33,951 nt of DNA from a virus (Duplodnaviria > Caudoviricetes), in the IMG/VR virus record IMGVR_UViG_3300044676_000763, positions 1 to 33,951 of that record; one strand, 5' to 3'. Below, piece by piece: positions 1 to 6,720 of the stretch. The number at the start of each line of letters is the position of its first letter. Positions within the stretch are counted from its first letter, which is position 1. The notes under the pieces were generated by a model, which was given only the letters and a program-made list of their open reading frames with translations, did not search any database and was not told where the DNA came from. The translations under genes were made by a program, and so were the position numbers.

Positions 1-250
1 GGAGCGAGGCTGGCGGGTGTCGATGGCACAGCAGGACAAGGTTGACCTTGTCGCGTGGTACGGTGATGAGTTCCTGCGGGTGCAGGTTAAGTCAGCGACA
101 CTGATAAAGACCAGACACCACCAAACCTCCGGATATCACTTTCAGCTTGCCTCCGGAAATGGAAAGAGGAAGGCCAAGGAGCTTCCGACAATCCAAGATT
201 ATGATATTTTAATTTTGTGCGCCATAAACTCTAGGCGCTGTGTCGCGTTT
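1..250. repeat. Terminal direct repeat (circular overlap), copy 1
   Basis: 1-250 matches 33702-33951 except at positions 128, 154, 163 and 181, implying a unit length of 33,701 bp. Confidence 0.97.
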
Positions 251-373
251 GCGACAGAACACATTAACCAGCAGAGTAAGCGCGTCAAGGCGAGTTACTT
301 CGAGAAGCCGGACATTGAGGCGGATTCGTGGGACAGGGCGGTGCAGGTTGTGAGAGAGAGGCGAAGCAGATGA
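1..373 (+). CDS. PD-(D/E)XK-family nuclease, 3' part (gene starts at 33649 across the join; about 141 aa)
   Basis: Joined ORF reads MSTTTGLIGEYLAAASILERGWRV...VDLV...RVQVKS, giving the GE, DL and QxK motifs. Its TGA overlaps the lysozyme ATG. Confidence 0.75.
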   Translation, partial: ERGWRVSMAQQDKVDLVAWYGDEFLRVQVKSATLIKTRHHQTSGYHFQLASGNGKRKAKELPTIQDYDILILCAINSRRCVAFATEHINQQSKRVKASYFEKPDIEADSWDRAVQVVRERRSR

Positions 374-819
374 ATATAGATAAGTTGAGATTAGAGATTG
401 CCGAAGATGAAGGCTGTAAGCACGAGATATATTTAGATCACCTCGGACTGCCAACAACCGGAATCGGGCATTTGATTGTCGAGGACGACCCAGAATACGG
501 CCAGCCAGTCGGCACAAAGGTTACTGCGGAGCGAGTGAACCAGCTATTCAAGCTGGACATCGCCGTGACGGTTGAGGACTGCAACATAATCTATCCCGAC
601 TTTGATGAATTGCCAGAAGACGCCCAGCTTGTCATTGCCAATATGTGCTTTCAGCTTGGCCGTCCCCGCCTGTCCAAGTTTGTAGGCATGAAGGCTGGCG
701 TGGACGCTAGGGACTGGCAGAAGGCCGCAGACGAGATGGTTGACTCAAAGTGGTATAAACAGACACCAAACCGCGCAAAGCGGCTGGTGGAGCGTATGAG
801 GGGGCTGGCTGATGGCTGA
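370..819 (+). CDS. Endolysin, T4-lysozyme-like (GH24)
   Basis: MNIDKLRLEIAEDEG...IYLDHLGLPTTGIGH (E, D, T catalytic residues), NMCFQLG, DSKWYKQTPNRAKRL. ATG at 370 overlaps the upstream stop. Confidence 0.93.
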   Translation: MNIDKLRLEIAEDEGCKHEIYLDHLGLPTTGIGHLIVEDDPEYGQPVGTKVTAERVNQLFKLDIAVTVEDCNIIYPDFDELPEDAQLVIANMCFQLGRPRLSKFVGMKAGVDARDWQKAADEMVDSKWYKQTPNRAKRLVERMRGLADG

Positions 820-1021
820 ATTAACGATGGAACGATTTTTGAAATGGAAGATACTTCCGCGACTCATGATGTTTACTATGACGTTCATGTATATCCGCGT
901 GATCGAATGGTACATTTCGTTGCCTGTTGAGTCGATGACTTCACAGGCGACAGCCCTGACGGCCACCGTTACTGGCGCAATGACAGGCGCGTTTGCAGTC
1001 TGGCTGGGGCATGAAAAATAA
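812..1021 (+). CDS. Small two-TM membrane protein, holin-like
   Basis: 69 aa with two hydrophobic segments; overlaps the 3' end of the endolysin gene. Confidence 0.7.
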   Translation: MAELTMERFLKWKILPRLMMFTMTFMYIRVIEWYISLPVESMTSQATALTATVTGAMTGAFAVWLGHEK

Positions 1022-1093
1022 TGTACCAAATTTGGGACATGAACGACAGGACAGCCGAAGAACAGGCAAGGCGAAACAGAGAGGCTTTTAAGA

Positions 1094-1480
1094 ATGATAC
1101 AGGCACTGATCCCGATTGTGGGCGATCTGGCTGGCTCTTGGCTCAAGGGCAAGGCGGACGAGAAGAAGGCAACCAGCGAGGCGAAGGTCGCCAAGGCTAA
1201 AGCGGAAGCCGAGGTAATGAAGGTTGCCGCTACTCATGAGGCTGGCTGGGAAAAGATTATGGCGCAGGGTAGCCTGACTAGCTGGAAAGACGAATGGCTG
1301 ACCGTGCTGTTCTCTGTGCCGCTTATACTGGCGTTCTGCGGAGACTGGGGGCGTCAGGTGGTGGCAGATGGGTTCGATGCCCTGTCAACGATGCCTGATT
1401 GGTATCAGTACAGCCTCGGCCTGATTGTTTCGGCCACATTTGCAATGCGCGGCGCATCCAAGTTCATCGGCAAGAAATAA
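1094..1480 (+). CDS. Holin, resembling the GTA 3-TM holin family
   Basis: SWKDEW motif followed by two hydrophobic helices, PDWYQ and a basic C-terminus (KFIGKK); lies in the lysis cluster. Confidence 0.75.
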   Translation: MIQALIPIVGDLAGSWLKGKADEKKATSEAKVAKAKAEAEVMKVAATHEAGWEKIMAQGSLTSWKDEWLTVLFSVPLILAFCGDWGRQVVADGFDALSTMPDWYQYSLGLIVSATFAMRGASKFIGKK

Positions 1481-1512
1481 AAAGACCCCCACCGCTTTGA
1501 GGCAGTGGGGGT
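1479..1512 (-). terminator. Rho-independent terminator between convergent units
   Basis: Minus strand ACCCCCACTGC...GCGGTGGGGGT followed by CTTTTT. Confidence 0.75.
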
Positions 1513-1564
1513 GAGTCGAGGGAGAAATAGTCAGGCATAAAGCGGCACTGACGCGCTGTCTCGA

Positions 1565-1726
1565 TTAATCTTCGTATGCTTCGTCTTCGATTTCGCCTGA
1601 TCCATCACAGGCGTGGCACTCAACAATCACGCCCCTAAGATAGCCGCCGCACTGATAATCCGCAACGGCTGTCTCAGTTTCGATCTGGCCTTCGCCGCAA
1701 CATTCTGGGCATTCTTTGTACTGCAT
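1565..1726 (-). CDS. Small Zn-finger protein with DnaJ-type CxxCxGxG motifs (53 aa)
   Basis: MQYKECPECCGEG...ECHACDGSG. ATG at 1726 follows the stop of the 1737-1901 ORF. Confidence 0.75.
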   Translation of the reverse strand: MQYKECPECCGEGQIETETAVADYQCGGYLRGVIVECHACDGSGEIEDEAYED

Positions 1727-1736
1727 ATCGTTTATC

Positions 1737-1901
1737 CTATAATCGCTTTGCGACAACCTTTGAGCCAACAATGTATTGGCGGTCATCATATGGATTGCGA
1801 TGCTCAAGCCACTGCTCGAAAGCCTCTTTATATTCTGATTTTGTTGGAGCGTTTTGCGCTTCTTCAATTTCCAATGTTATTTCAAATTTCATTGTAGCCA
1901 T
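1737..1901 (-). CDS. Hypothetical protein (54 aa; not in the ORF track)
   Basis: Hand translation MATMKFEITLEIEEAQNAPTKSEYKEAFEQWLEHRNPYDDRQYIVGSKVVAKRL, preceded by the repeat-borne AAGGGAAAA RBS. Confidence 0.7.
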   Translation of the reverse strand: MATMKFEITLEIEEAQNAPTKSEYKEAFEQWLEHRNPYDDRQYIVGSKVVAKRL

Positions 1902-1902
1902 T

Positions 1903-1941
1903 TTATTTTCCCTTGGTTGGGGTGGCGGCTGTTAAGCCGCC
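1903..1941 (-). repeat. Intergenic cassette repeat R1 (stop + hairpin + RBS)
   Basis: Minus strand GGCGGCT-TAAC-AGCCGCC-ACCCCAACCAAGGGAAAATAA; homologous to R2-R4. Confidence 0.9.
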
Positions 1942-2174
1942 GTCCAGTTGTTGTGTTCAGTCAGCCAAGTCATTGCGTTGTTTCGCTCGACAAGCTGTAT
2001 TTCGTAGGCTATGAGATTGCAAATCTGCGGCTCATCATCTATCAGCTTGTGCCAGATAACAGATTGATCTACGGCTTTGTCAAAGTGCGTTTTGGCGTCT
2101 GAATGCTTGCGAAACTCGCTAATACGAAAGCAAGTGCCGCCTTGATTAAAAAGTCGAAGTTCAAAGTAAGTCAT
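1932..2174 (-). CDS. Hypothetical protein (80 aa), paralog of 4065-4307
   Basis: MTYFELRLF...NNWTAA with an AAGGGAGA RBS; 36/80 identities without gaps to 4065-4307. Confidence 0.85.
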   Translation of the reverse strand: MTYFELRLFNQGGTCFRISEFRKHSDAKTHFDKAVDQSVIWHKLIDDEPQICNLIAYEIQLVERNNAMTWLTEHNNWTAA

Positions 2175-2201
2175 GTCTATCTCCCTTGGTTCGTTATACA
2201 T

Positions 2202-2232
2202 ATTATATAGTACGATATCGCATCGATATCAA
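2202..2232 (-). promoter_or_regulatory. Sigma70-like promoter with a palindromic spacer
   Basis: TTGATA-N17-TATATA(AT), overlapped by the inverted repeat GATATCG-N3-CGATATC (2214-2230). Lies just after a terminator and before an RBS and ATG. Confidence 0.7.
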
Positions 2233-2254
2233 TACCCCAATGTACTATTTATTG

Positions 2255-2290
2255 AATAAAATAATAGGGGCGGTTTCCCGCCCCTTTTTT
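2255..2290 (-). terminator. Rho-independent terminator after the LexA-like gene (possibly bidirectional)
   Basis: AGGGGCGG-GAAA-CCGCCCCT stem-loop with T-rich tails on both strands. Confidence 0.85.
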
Positions 2291-2495
2291 ACTGTATCTC
2301 AATAGACCGATGCACTCCGGCTGGTTTCTTGATTGCGCCGCGATCAACAAGGTTGTGGATGTGGTACTGAATGGTCGTGACGCCCTTGCCCATTCCCTTC
2401 GCAATTTCGCGCACTGACGGCGTGAAGCCGTACCTACGCTGGTGTCGTGCAATCCAGCGCAACACCTCGCTCTGTGCCTTTGTAAGATTAGCCAT
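2289..2495 (-). CDS. LexA-type winged-HTH DNA-binding protein, N-terminal domain only
   Basis: LTKAQSEVLRWI...GFTPSVREIA...TIQYHIHNLVDRGAI...RSIEI follows the LexA DNA-binding domain pattern; 68 aa with no peptidase domain. Confidence 0.88.
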   Translation of the reverse strand: MANLTKAQSEVLRWIARHQRRYGFTPSVREIAKGMGKGVTTIQYHIHNLVDRGAIKKPAGVHRSIEIQ

Positions 2496-3453
2496 CGGGC
2501 ATCTCCTTCACGGTCAGGGTTTTCTGGCGGACAATCGACTCCGGCTTTGCGGCGACCGTCTTGGCTGGTTGTGCGCGGGTTTTACGCATCGGCCACTTGA
2601 TGTAATAACGTGAGCCGTCATTAGTAACCACGCCCTCCTCATGATTACCCAGCATCTCTTTCAGGTTTGCCTCGGCAATGTCGATCTCCTGATCCAAGGC
2701 TTTTTTCTGCGCCTTGGCGTCAATCAGGATGCCAGCCCAGTAGTCCGCGTCCGGCACGTCATCCAGATCAAGTGGCGGCGCACCATCGTCCACGTTATTC
2801 CACGCGGCGTTTGCGTCTGCTGACGTGGTTGCCGGATACCAGTCGCCAAGTTCGATGTTACGCTCAAACTCTCGGATCGCGTTAGCAATCTCGCCCTGCA
2901 CCACAAGGTCGGCCTGATACATGAACAGGCGCAACTCACCGCCGCGATACAAGACAGCAACGCAACCCCACTCATATCCAGTACACATCATCTGAGCCTG
3001 TAGCTGTAAGACACCCCTGTGCGGTGCTGGTGCATCCTCGGCAATGACGCTGGTGTTCTTTGCCTCAAGGACGCCCACGCCGCTTATGTCAACAGGCTTG
3101 CCCTGCGGACAGTAGATGCCGTTGGCTGGGTCGTGCGCGACCATCTGAGTGCCTGTCCCCTTGCCGTCCAGAGAGGCGGCAAGCGGCAGGGATGGGTGAT
3201 GGATAGCCGCGTCAAAGTCAAGAACCACATCGGTCAGGTTCAGGCGCTTCGCGGCCTCGGCTAAGATGACTGGCTCTAGTGTGTCGCCCCAGAACATCGG
3301 CTCATTCTGCTCCAGCCACTGACGTGGCTTGCCCTGACGCGCATCCAAGATGGAACGCATCAGCTCATTAGGTGTTTCGTATGGGCTGACGCCCATCAAT
3401 ACTGGTATGCGTGATGCTGAAATAAGTGTATCCGGCGTTAACTTCCCGACCAT
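2488..3453 (-). CDS. YqaJ-like (lambda exonuclease family) recombination exonuclease
   Basis: ISAS..VLMGVSPY, WG..LEP, ASLDG, LEAKNT, QLQAQM..TG motifs plus a C-terminal coiled coil. Confidence 0.9.
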   Translation of the reverse strand: MVGKLTPDTLISASRIPVLMGVSPYETPNELMRSILDARQGKPRQWLEQNEPMFWGDTLEPVILAEAAKRLNLTDVVLDFDAAIHHPSLPLAASLDGKGTGTQMVAHDPANGIYCPQGKPVDISGVGVLEAKNTSVIAEDAPAPHRGVLQLQAQMMCTGYEWGCVAVLYRGGELRLFMYQADLVVQGEIANAIREFERNIELGDWYPATTSADANAAWNNVDDGAPPLDLDDVPDADYWAGILIDAKAQKKALDQEIDIAEANLKEMLGNHEEGVVTNDGSRYYIKWPMRKTRAQPAKTVAAKPESIVRQKTLTVKEMPDG

Positions 3454-3626
3454 TATTTTGTTCCCTTCACGGTTTGGTTTAGAATTTCAGTGTATGCATT
3501 GACCAATGACTTGACCTTTTCGGACTCGATGTCACTGTCTGGGTGGTCATAAATGTAATCCATCAACGCATCGATTACGGTGTGTGCCTGACTCTTGGTC
3601 AGTTTGATTGTGATTTTATCTGACAT
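3453..3626 (-). CDS. Hypothetical protein (57 aa)
   Basis: MSDKITIKLTKSQAH...; coupled to both neighbours (TGATG and TAATG overlaps). Confidence 0.7.
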   Translation of the reverse strand: MSDKITIKLTKSQAHTVIDALMDYIYDHPDSDIESEKVKSLVNAYTEILNQTVKGTK

Positions 3627-3772
3627 CAGCTTGCCCCCCAGATCGACATGAGATAACACCAAGTATAAGAGCGTGACGACTCGATGCCGAATATCCACAA
3701 CCAGTCGAACCAGCCCAAGAAAAATATCAGGATAATAATTCCACCAATAATACTATCTGCGAGTGATGTCAT
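3626..3772 (-). CDS. Small membrane protein (48 aa)
   Basis: MTSLADSIIGGIIILIFFLGWFDWLWIFG...; GGGAGA RBS; Trp-rich TM segment. Confidence 0.7.
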   Translation of the reverse strand: MTSLADSIIGGIIILIFFLGWFDWLWIFGIESSRSYTWCYLMSIWGAS

Positions 3773-4040
3773 GTTTCTTTCTCCCTTTCGCGTAGTTGGA
3801 TTTCTTCTCAGGCTTGGTGTACCAGCCATTCATTTTGAGGCGGGACTCGGACATAACAACGACCCTTCCCACCCAGATTTCGCCATCGTGGATGCGAGTC
3901 TTGGGCATCCACAGCCGATCATGTAAAGCGTAGGCCGCGTCAAGCGCGTCCAGCTTGTCGAGGTACGGCTTACTAACCTGTGCGCCGCGTGGCGTGAAGG
4001 CATGTTCGACAACGTACCAATATGGTTTTTGTTCAGGCAT
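3753..4040 (-). CDS. Hypothetical protein (95 aa)
   Basis: Starts directly after repeat R2 with an AAGGGG RBS. Confidence 0.8.
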   Translation of the reverse strand: MPEQKPYWYVVEHAFTPRGAQVSKPYLDKLDALDAAYALHDRLWMPKTRIHDGEIWVGRVVVMSESRLKMNGWYTKPEKKSNYAKGRKKHDITRR

Positions 4041-4075
4041 TTATTTTCCCCTTTCGGGCGGCTGTTAATACGCCG
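4041..4075 (-). repeat. Intergenic cassette repeat R2 (diverged)
   Basis: Minus strand CGGCGTAT-TAAC-AGCCGCCCGAAAGGGGAAAATAA-ATG. Confidence 0.8.
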
Positions 4076-4307
4076 ACCATCTGTTGACTTCCGCCAACCA
4101 ATCTATCTCATCGTCTCGCTCTAAAAATTCAATTTGAAAGGCAATAAACTTGCTGATATGCGGATCGTCAGAATACTTCTTTTGAAAGCGAACCGCTTCA
4201 TCTATAGCCTTTTCAAAGTAGTGTTTGGCGTCATCGTGCTTGTTAAATTTGTCAACGCGGAAGCAACCACCCCTTTGACAAAAATACTGAATTTCAAAGT
4301 GAGTCAT
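4065..4307 (-). CDS. Hypothetical protein (80 aa), paralog of 1932-2174
   Basis: Flanked by R3 and R2; aligns without gaps to 1932-2174. Confidence 0.85.
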   Translation of the reverse strand: MTHFEIQYFCQRGGCFRVDKFNKHDDAKHYFEKAIDEAVRFQKKYSDDPHISKFIAFQIEFLERDDEIDWLAEVNRWSAY

Positions 4308-4352
4308 TCTATATTCTCCCTTGGTTGGGGCGGGGCTGTTAAGCCGCCGCCT
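4308..4352 (-). repeat. Intergenic cassette repeat R3
   Basis: Minus strand AGGCGGCGGCTTAACAGCCCCGCCC-CAACCAAGGGAGAATATAGA-ATG; shares 25 identical bp with R4 and 23 identical bp with 4805-4827. Confidence 0.92.
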
Positions 4353-4545
4353 TTGAATTTGATAACCTCAAAGAAATTTCATTAGATAAAAAGTTTGCAA
4401 CTTCTTTTAAAGTTACAAAGCCTTTTATGCATTCACACTCTCCACAACCAATTTCTAAAACCCAATAACCTTTGAGATGATCGTCCTGAGTTGTTTTGAC
4501 AACTTCCCAACCAAGTGCGTTTGCAATTATGTTTAAGTTTTCCAT
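4339..4545 (-). CDS. Hypothetical protein (68 aa)
   Basis: AT-rich ORF between R4 and R3; ends in KAAA, encoded by the repeat. Confidence 0.75.
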   Translation of the reverse strand: MENLNIIANALGWEVVKTTQDDHLKGYWVLEIGCGECECIKGFVTLKEVANFLSNEISLRLSNSKAAA

Positions 4546-4550
4546 TATAA

Positions 4551-4585
4551 AACCCCTTTCGGGCGGGGCTGTTAAGCCGCCGCCT
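4551..4585 (-). repeat. Intergenic cassette repeat R4
   Basis: Minus strand AGGCGGCGGCTTAACAGCCCCGCCC-GAAAGGGGTT. Confidence 0.92.
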
Positions 4586-4808
4586 CAAGTTTACGATTAC
4601 ATTCAACAACAAACTCATGTGCGTCAGTGATAACGCTCTGCGGGTCATAGCCAGCTTCGAGGCAATACCCACAGGCGCGAACCGCACTGAATGCGGCAAT
4701 GTCCGCATTTGTCTGGGTTTGAGGGCGATTAACATAATCTCTGAATGTGTTGTATTCACCAATCATGCTAATCATTGCGTGGTGATTTTTTGTATTTTGT
4801 TTAATCAT
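4572..4808 (-). CDS. Hypothetical protein (78 aa), first gene of the leftward early unit
   Basis: MIKQNTKNHH...KLEAAA; leader AACCAAGGGAGAATATAGA-ATG. Confidence 0.8.
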   Translation of the reverse strand: MIKQNTKNHHAMISMIGEYNTFRDYVNRPQTQTNADIAAFSAVRACGYCLEAGYDPQSVITDAHEFVVECNRKLEAAA

Positions 4809-4930
4809 TCTATATTCTCCCTTGGTTAGTGCTGTTATGTTCCAGTGATGTACTATAGATAAGATATATATTGATGTGATACAAGGTTTATAGTACATAA
4901 ATATTCAATTATTTTTACAGGAGACGCTAA
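4809..4930. promoter_or_regulatory. Divergent promoter/control region
   Basis: AT-rich gap at the strand switch; 10-bp inverted repeat ATGTACTATA (4848-4857) / TATAGTACAT (4889-4898); RBS on each side. Confidence 0.7.
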
Positions 4931-5119
4931 GTGTCTGAAATTAAAGCAACACTGCTTCGACTCAGAACCAGCACAACGGCTGGTCTAAAGGCAGAATTAG
5001 AGCATTCGGCGCACAGATCGATGGCCAGCCTTGCCGATGAGTTGATTGAGAAGGGCTTGGAAAACCTGCGCGATGAGCGACTCAAAGATGTAGCAAGAGC
5101 CGCTGGGGAGGTCTGTTAG
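4931..5119 (+). CDS. Small DNA-binding protein, probably ribbon-helix-helix (Arc/CopG-like)
   Basis: AGGAG RBS and GTG start; beta strand (TLLRL) then two helices (RSMASLADELIEKGL); first gene of the rightward unit. Confidence 0.7.
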   Translation: MSEIKATLLRLRTSTTAGLKAELEHSAHRSMASLADELIEKGLENLRDERLKDVARAAGEVC

Positions 5120-5572
5120 ATGAAAGCTGGTGGTGGTCGCCAGAAAGGCGCACAGTTTGAGCGTGACATTGCCAAGGCTCTTGACGAGGCTCTTGGCATC
5201 AAGTTTCACCGTAACCTTCGGCAGTATCAGAAGGCTGGTCTGGATGACCTTACCCGCGAGGACGGCAAGGCGTTTCCATTCATGCTGGAATTGAAAAGAT
5301 ACGGTCAGGGGACAAGTAGTCAGCCCGCGTGGTGGGATCAGATATGCGCGGCGGCAAGGTCTGCGGATAACGAACACGACAGCTATCCGGCTCTGATCTA
5401 TAAGTATGATCGCCAGCCCATACGATGCCGTGTGCCGCTACAGGCGGTGGCTGATCTGGGCAAGTTCGGGGTTCAGCCTGACGAAGATAAGTATGACTGG
5501 CGTTACGCTGTCGAGATGGACTGGGACACTTTTATGATGGTGTGCCGCGAGTTGCTGTCCGATGCGTCCTAA
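5120..5572 (+). CDS. Holliday junction resolvase-like PD-(D/E)XK nuclease
   Basis: GRQKGAQFERDIA, DDL, LELKR, WWDQ and PALIYKYDR motifs. Confidence 0.8.
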   Translation: MKAGGGRQKGAQFERDIAKALDEALGIKFHRNLRQYQKAGLDDLTREDGKAFPFMLELKRYGQGTSSQPAWWDQICAAARSADNEHDSYPALIYKYDRQPIRCRVPLQAVADLGKFGVQPDEDKYDWRYAVEMDWDTFMMVCRELLSDAS

Positions 5573-5984
5573 GTACGAGACAAGCAAAGACCTGCAAAAC
5601 GAGCAGGAAGTCGCCGACATTGTGTCGGGCTTGGGCTACAGCCTTCGCAAGCTACCTATGCAGTACCGCCTCGACTTTGCCATATTCAGGGACGCCGAGT
5701 GCCTTGGTTTCGCCGAGGTAAAGACGCGCAGTTTCCATATGAACAAGTATCCGACAGTGATGATTTCGCTGTCGAAGGTGTTGTCGGCTGACGCGCTGAC
5801 ACGCAAGACCGGATTGCCTTGTTACCTGATCTGCAAATACACAGATTGTGTCGCAAGGCTTGACTTTGCCCATCCACTTGATTTAAGGATGGGTGGACGG
5901 ACAGATCGTAATGACCCACAAGACGTGGACATCTGCGCGTTCTATCCGATTAGCGGGTTCACAATCGTGAGCCAAAATCAATGA
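5562..5984 (+). CDS. PD-(D/E)XK-fold nuclease-like protein
   Basis: NEQEV...YRLDFA...FAEVKTR (E, D, ExK). Confidence 0.7.
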   Translation: MRPKYETSKDLQNEQEVADIVSGLGYSLRKLPMQYRLDFAIFRDAECLGFAEVKTRSFHMNKYPTVMISLSKVLSADALTRKTGLPCYLICKYTDCVARLDFAHPLDLRMGGRTDRNDPQDVDICAFYPISGFTIVSQNQ

Positions 5985-6006
5985 CGTTACAGAAAAGGAA
6001 AATGTT

Positions 6007-6651
6007 ATGGCGTTAGGATTACAGACTGAATCTTCTGGTGGTGGTGACATCACACCAATCGTGAAATGGGATGCCAAGGCTGGTGATCTAATCAAGGTGG
6101 ATCGTGAAAACGATGGAAGCGGCTGGGTTAAGAATGAAACCGAGATGGCTTTGCCGATCAGCTTTGCGATGGATTTTGATAATATGCAGATCGGCTGGCT
6201 GTCTTTTGCGACAGGCGCACCCGATTTTCATATGGTCAACCTTGGCGAGCGTATGCCGCCAAAGCCAACGGATGACCACAAGCAGTGCTTCCGCGTGAAG
6301 ATTGCAAGCGGTGACTTGGGACTGCGTGAGTTCTCTCACAGTGCCAAGACGGTCATGCGTGCGATGGATAAGTTGCACGATCAGTTTGTGGCTGGTCAGG
6401 CGGAAAACGCCGGCAAGACTCCGGTTGTTACCATCGGCGGCACAGAGACTGTCAAGATCGACACGCCTCAAGGCGAGTTGAGATTTAAAGTTCCCGAATG
6501 GTCAATCAATCAGTGGATTGACCGTCCGGCAATGTTTGACGGTGGGGTCGCTCCAGCCCAGCCGTCAACTCAACCTGCACCAGATGTGAGTTTTAGCGCA
6601 CCTGCGGGATCACCACCACCCGCACAGGCGGCGGCTGACCCACTGTTCTAG
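6007..6651 (+). CDS. Putative ssDNA-binding or replication accessory protein
   Basis: Beta-rich core, Pro/Ala-rich linker and a DPLF tail; directly upstream of the primase-helicase. Function inferred from position. Confidence 0.55.
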   Translation: MALGLQTESSGGGDITPIVKWDAKAGDLIKVDRENDGSGWVKNETEMALPISFAMDFDNMQIGWLSFATGAPDFHMVNLGERMPPKPTDDHKQCFRVKIASGDLGLREFSHSAKTVMRAMDKLHDQFVAGQAENAGKTPVVTIGGTETVKIDTPQGELRFKVPEWSINQWIDRPAMFDGGVAPAQPSTQPAPDVSFSAPAGSPPPAQAAADPLF

Positions 6652-6657
6652 TGCAGG

Positions 6658-6720
6658 GGTGCGGCGGGGGTTTCCCTTGTCCCTGCCGCACCACTTCCAA
6701 GGGACAAGGGACAAGAGGGG
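6658..6720 (+). promoter_or_regulatory. Structured intergenic RNA element before the primase-helicase
   Basis: 12-bp stem 6658-6669/6681-6692 and an alternative 11-bp stem 6674-6684/6700-6710. Confidence 0.5.

Noticed and set aside
1-250. True physical terminal repeats (T7-like)
   Set aside because: The repeat starts and ends inside a CDS, so it is more likely a circular assembly overlap or permutation.
1021-1200. 59-aa ORF MYQIWDMNDR... coupled by TAATG
   Set aside because: More than half overlaps the holin in another frame. The first 24 or so codons could be real but cannot be supported.
1565-1867. 100-aa ORF-track version of the Zn-finger gene
   Set aside because: The 5' extension overlaps a better-supported ORF (1737-1901); the start is more likely ATG 1726.
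1924-4585. Repeats as integron attC sites (GCTTAAC fits the R'' consensus RYYYAAC and contains the stop codon)
   Set aside because: There is no downstream GTTRRRY R' box, no L boxes, the element is too short, and no IntI-like recombinase is present.
4041-4830. Repeats as a CRISPR array
   Set aside because: The intervening segments are 200-270-bp ORFs, the spacing is irregular, and there are no cas genes.
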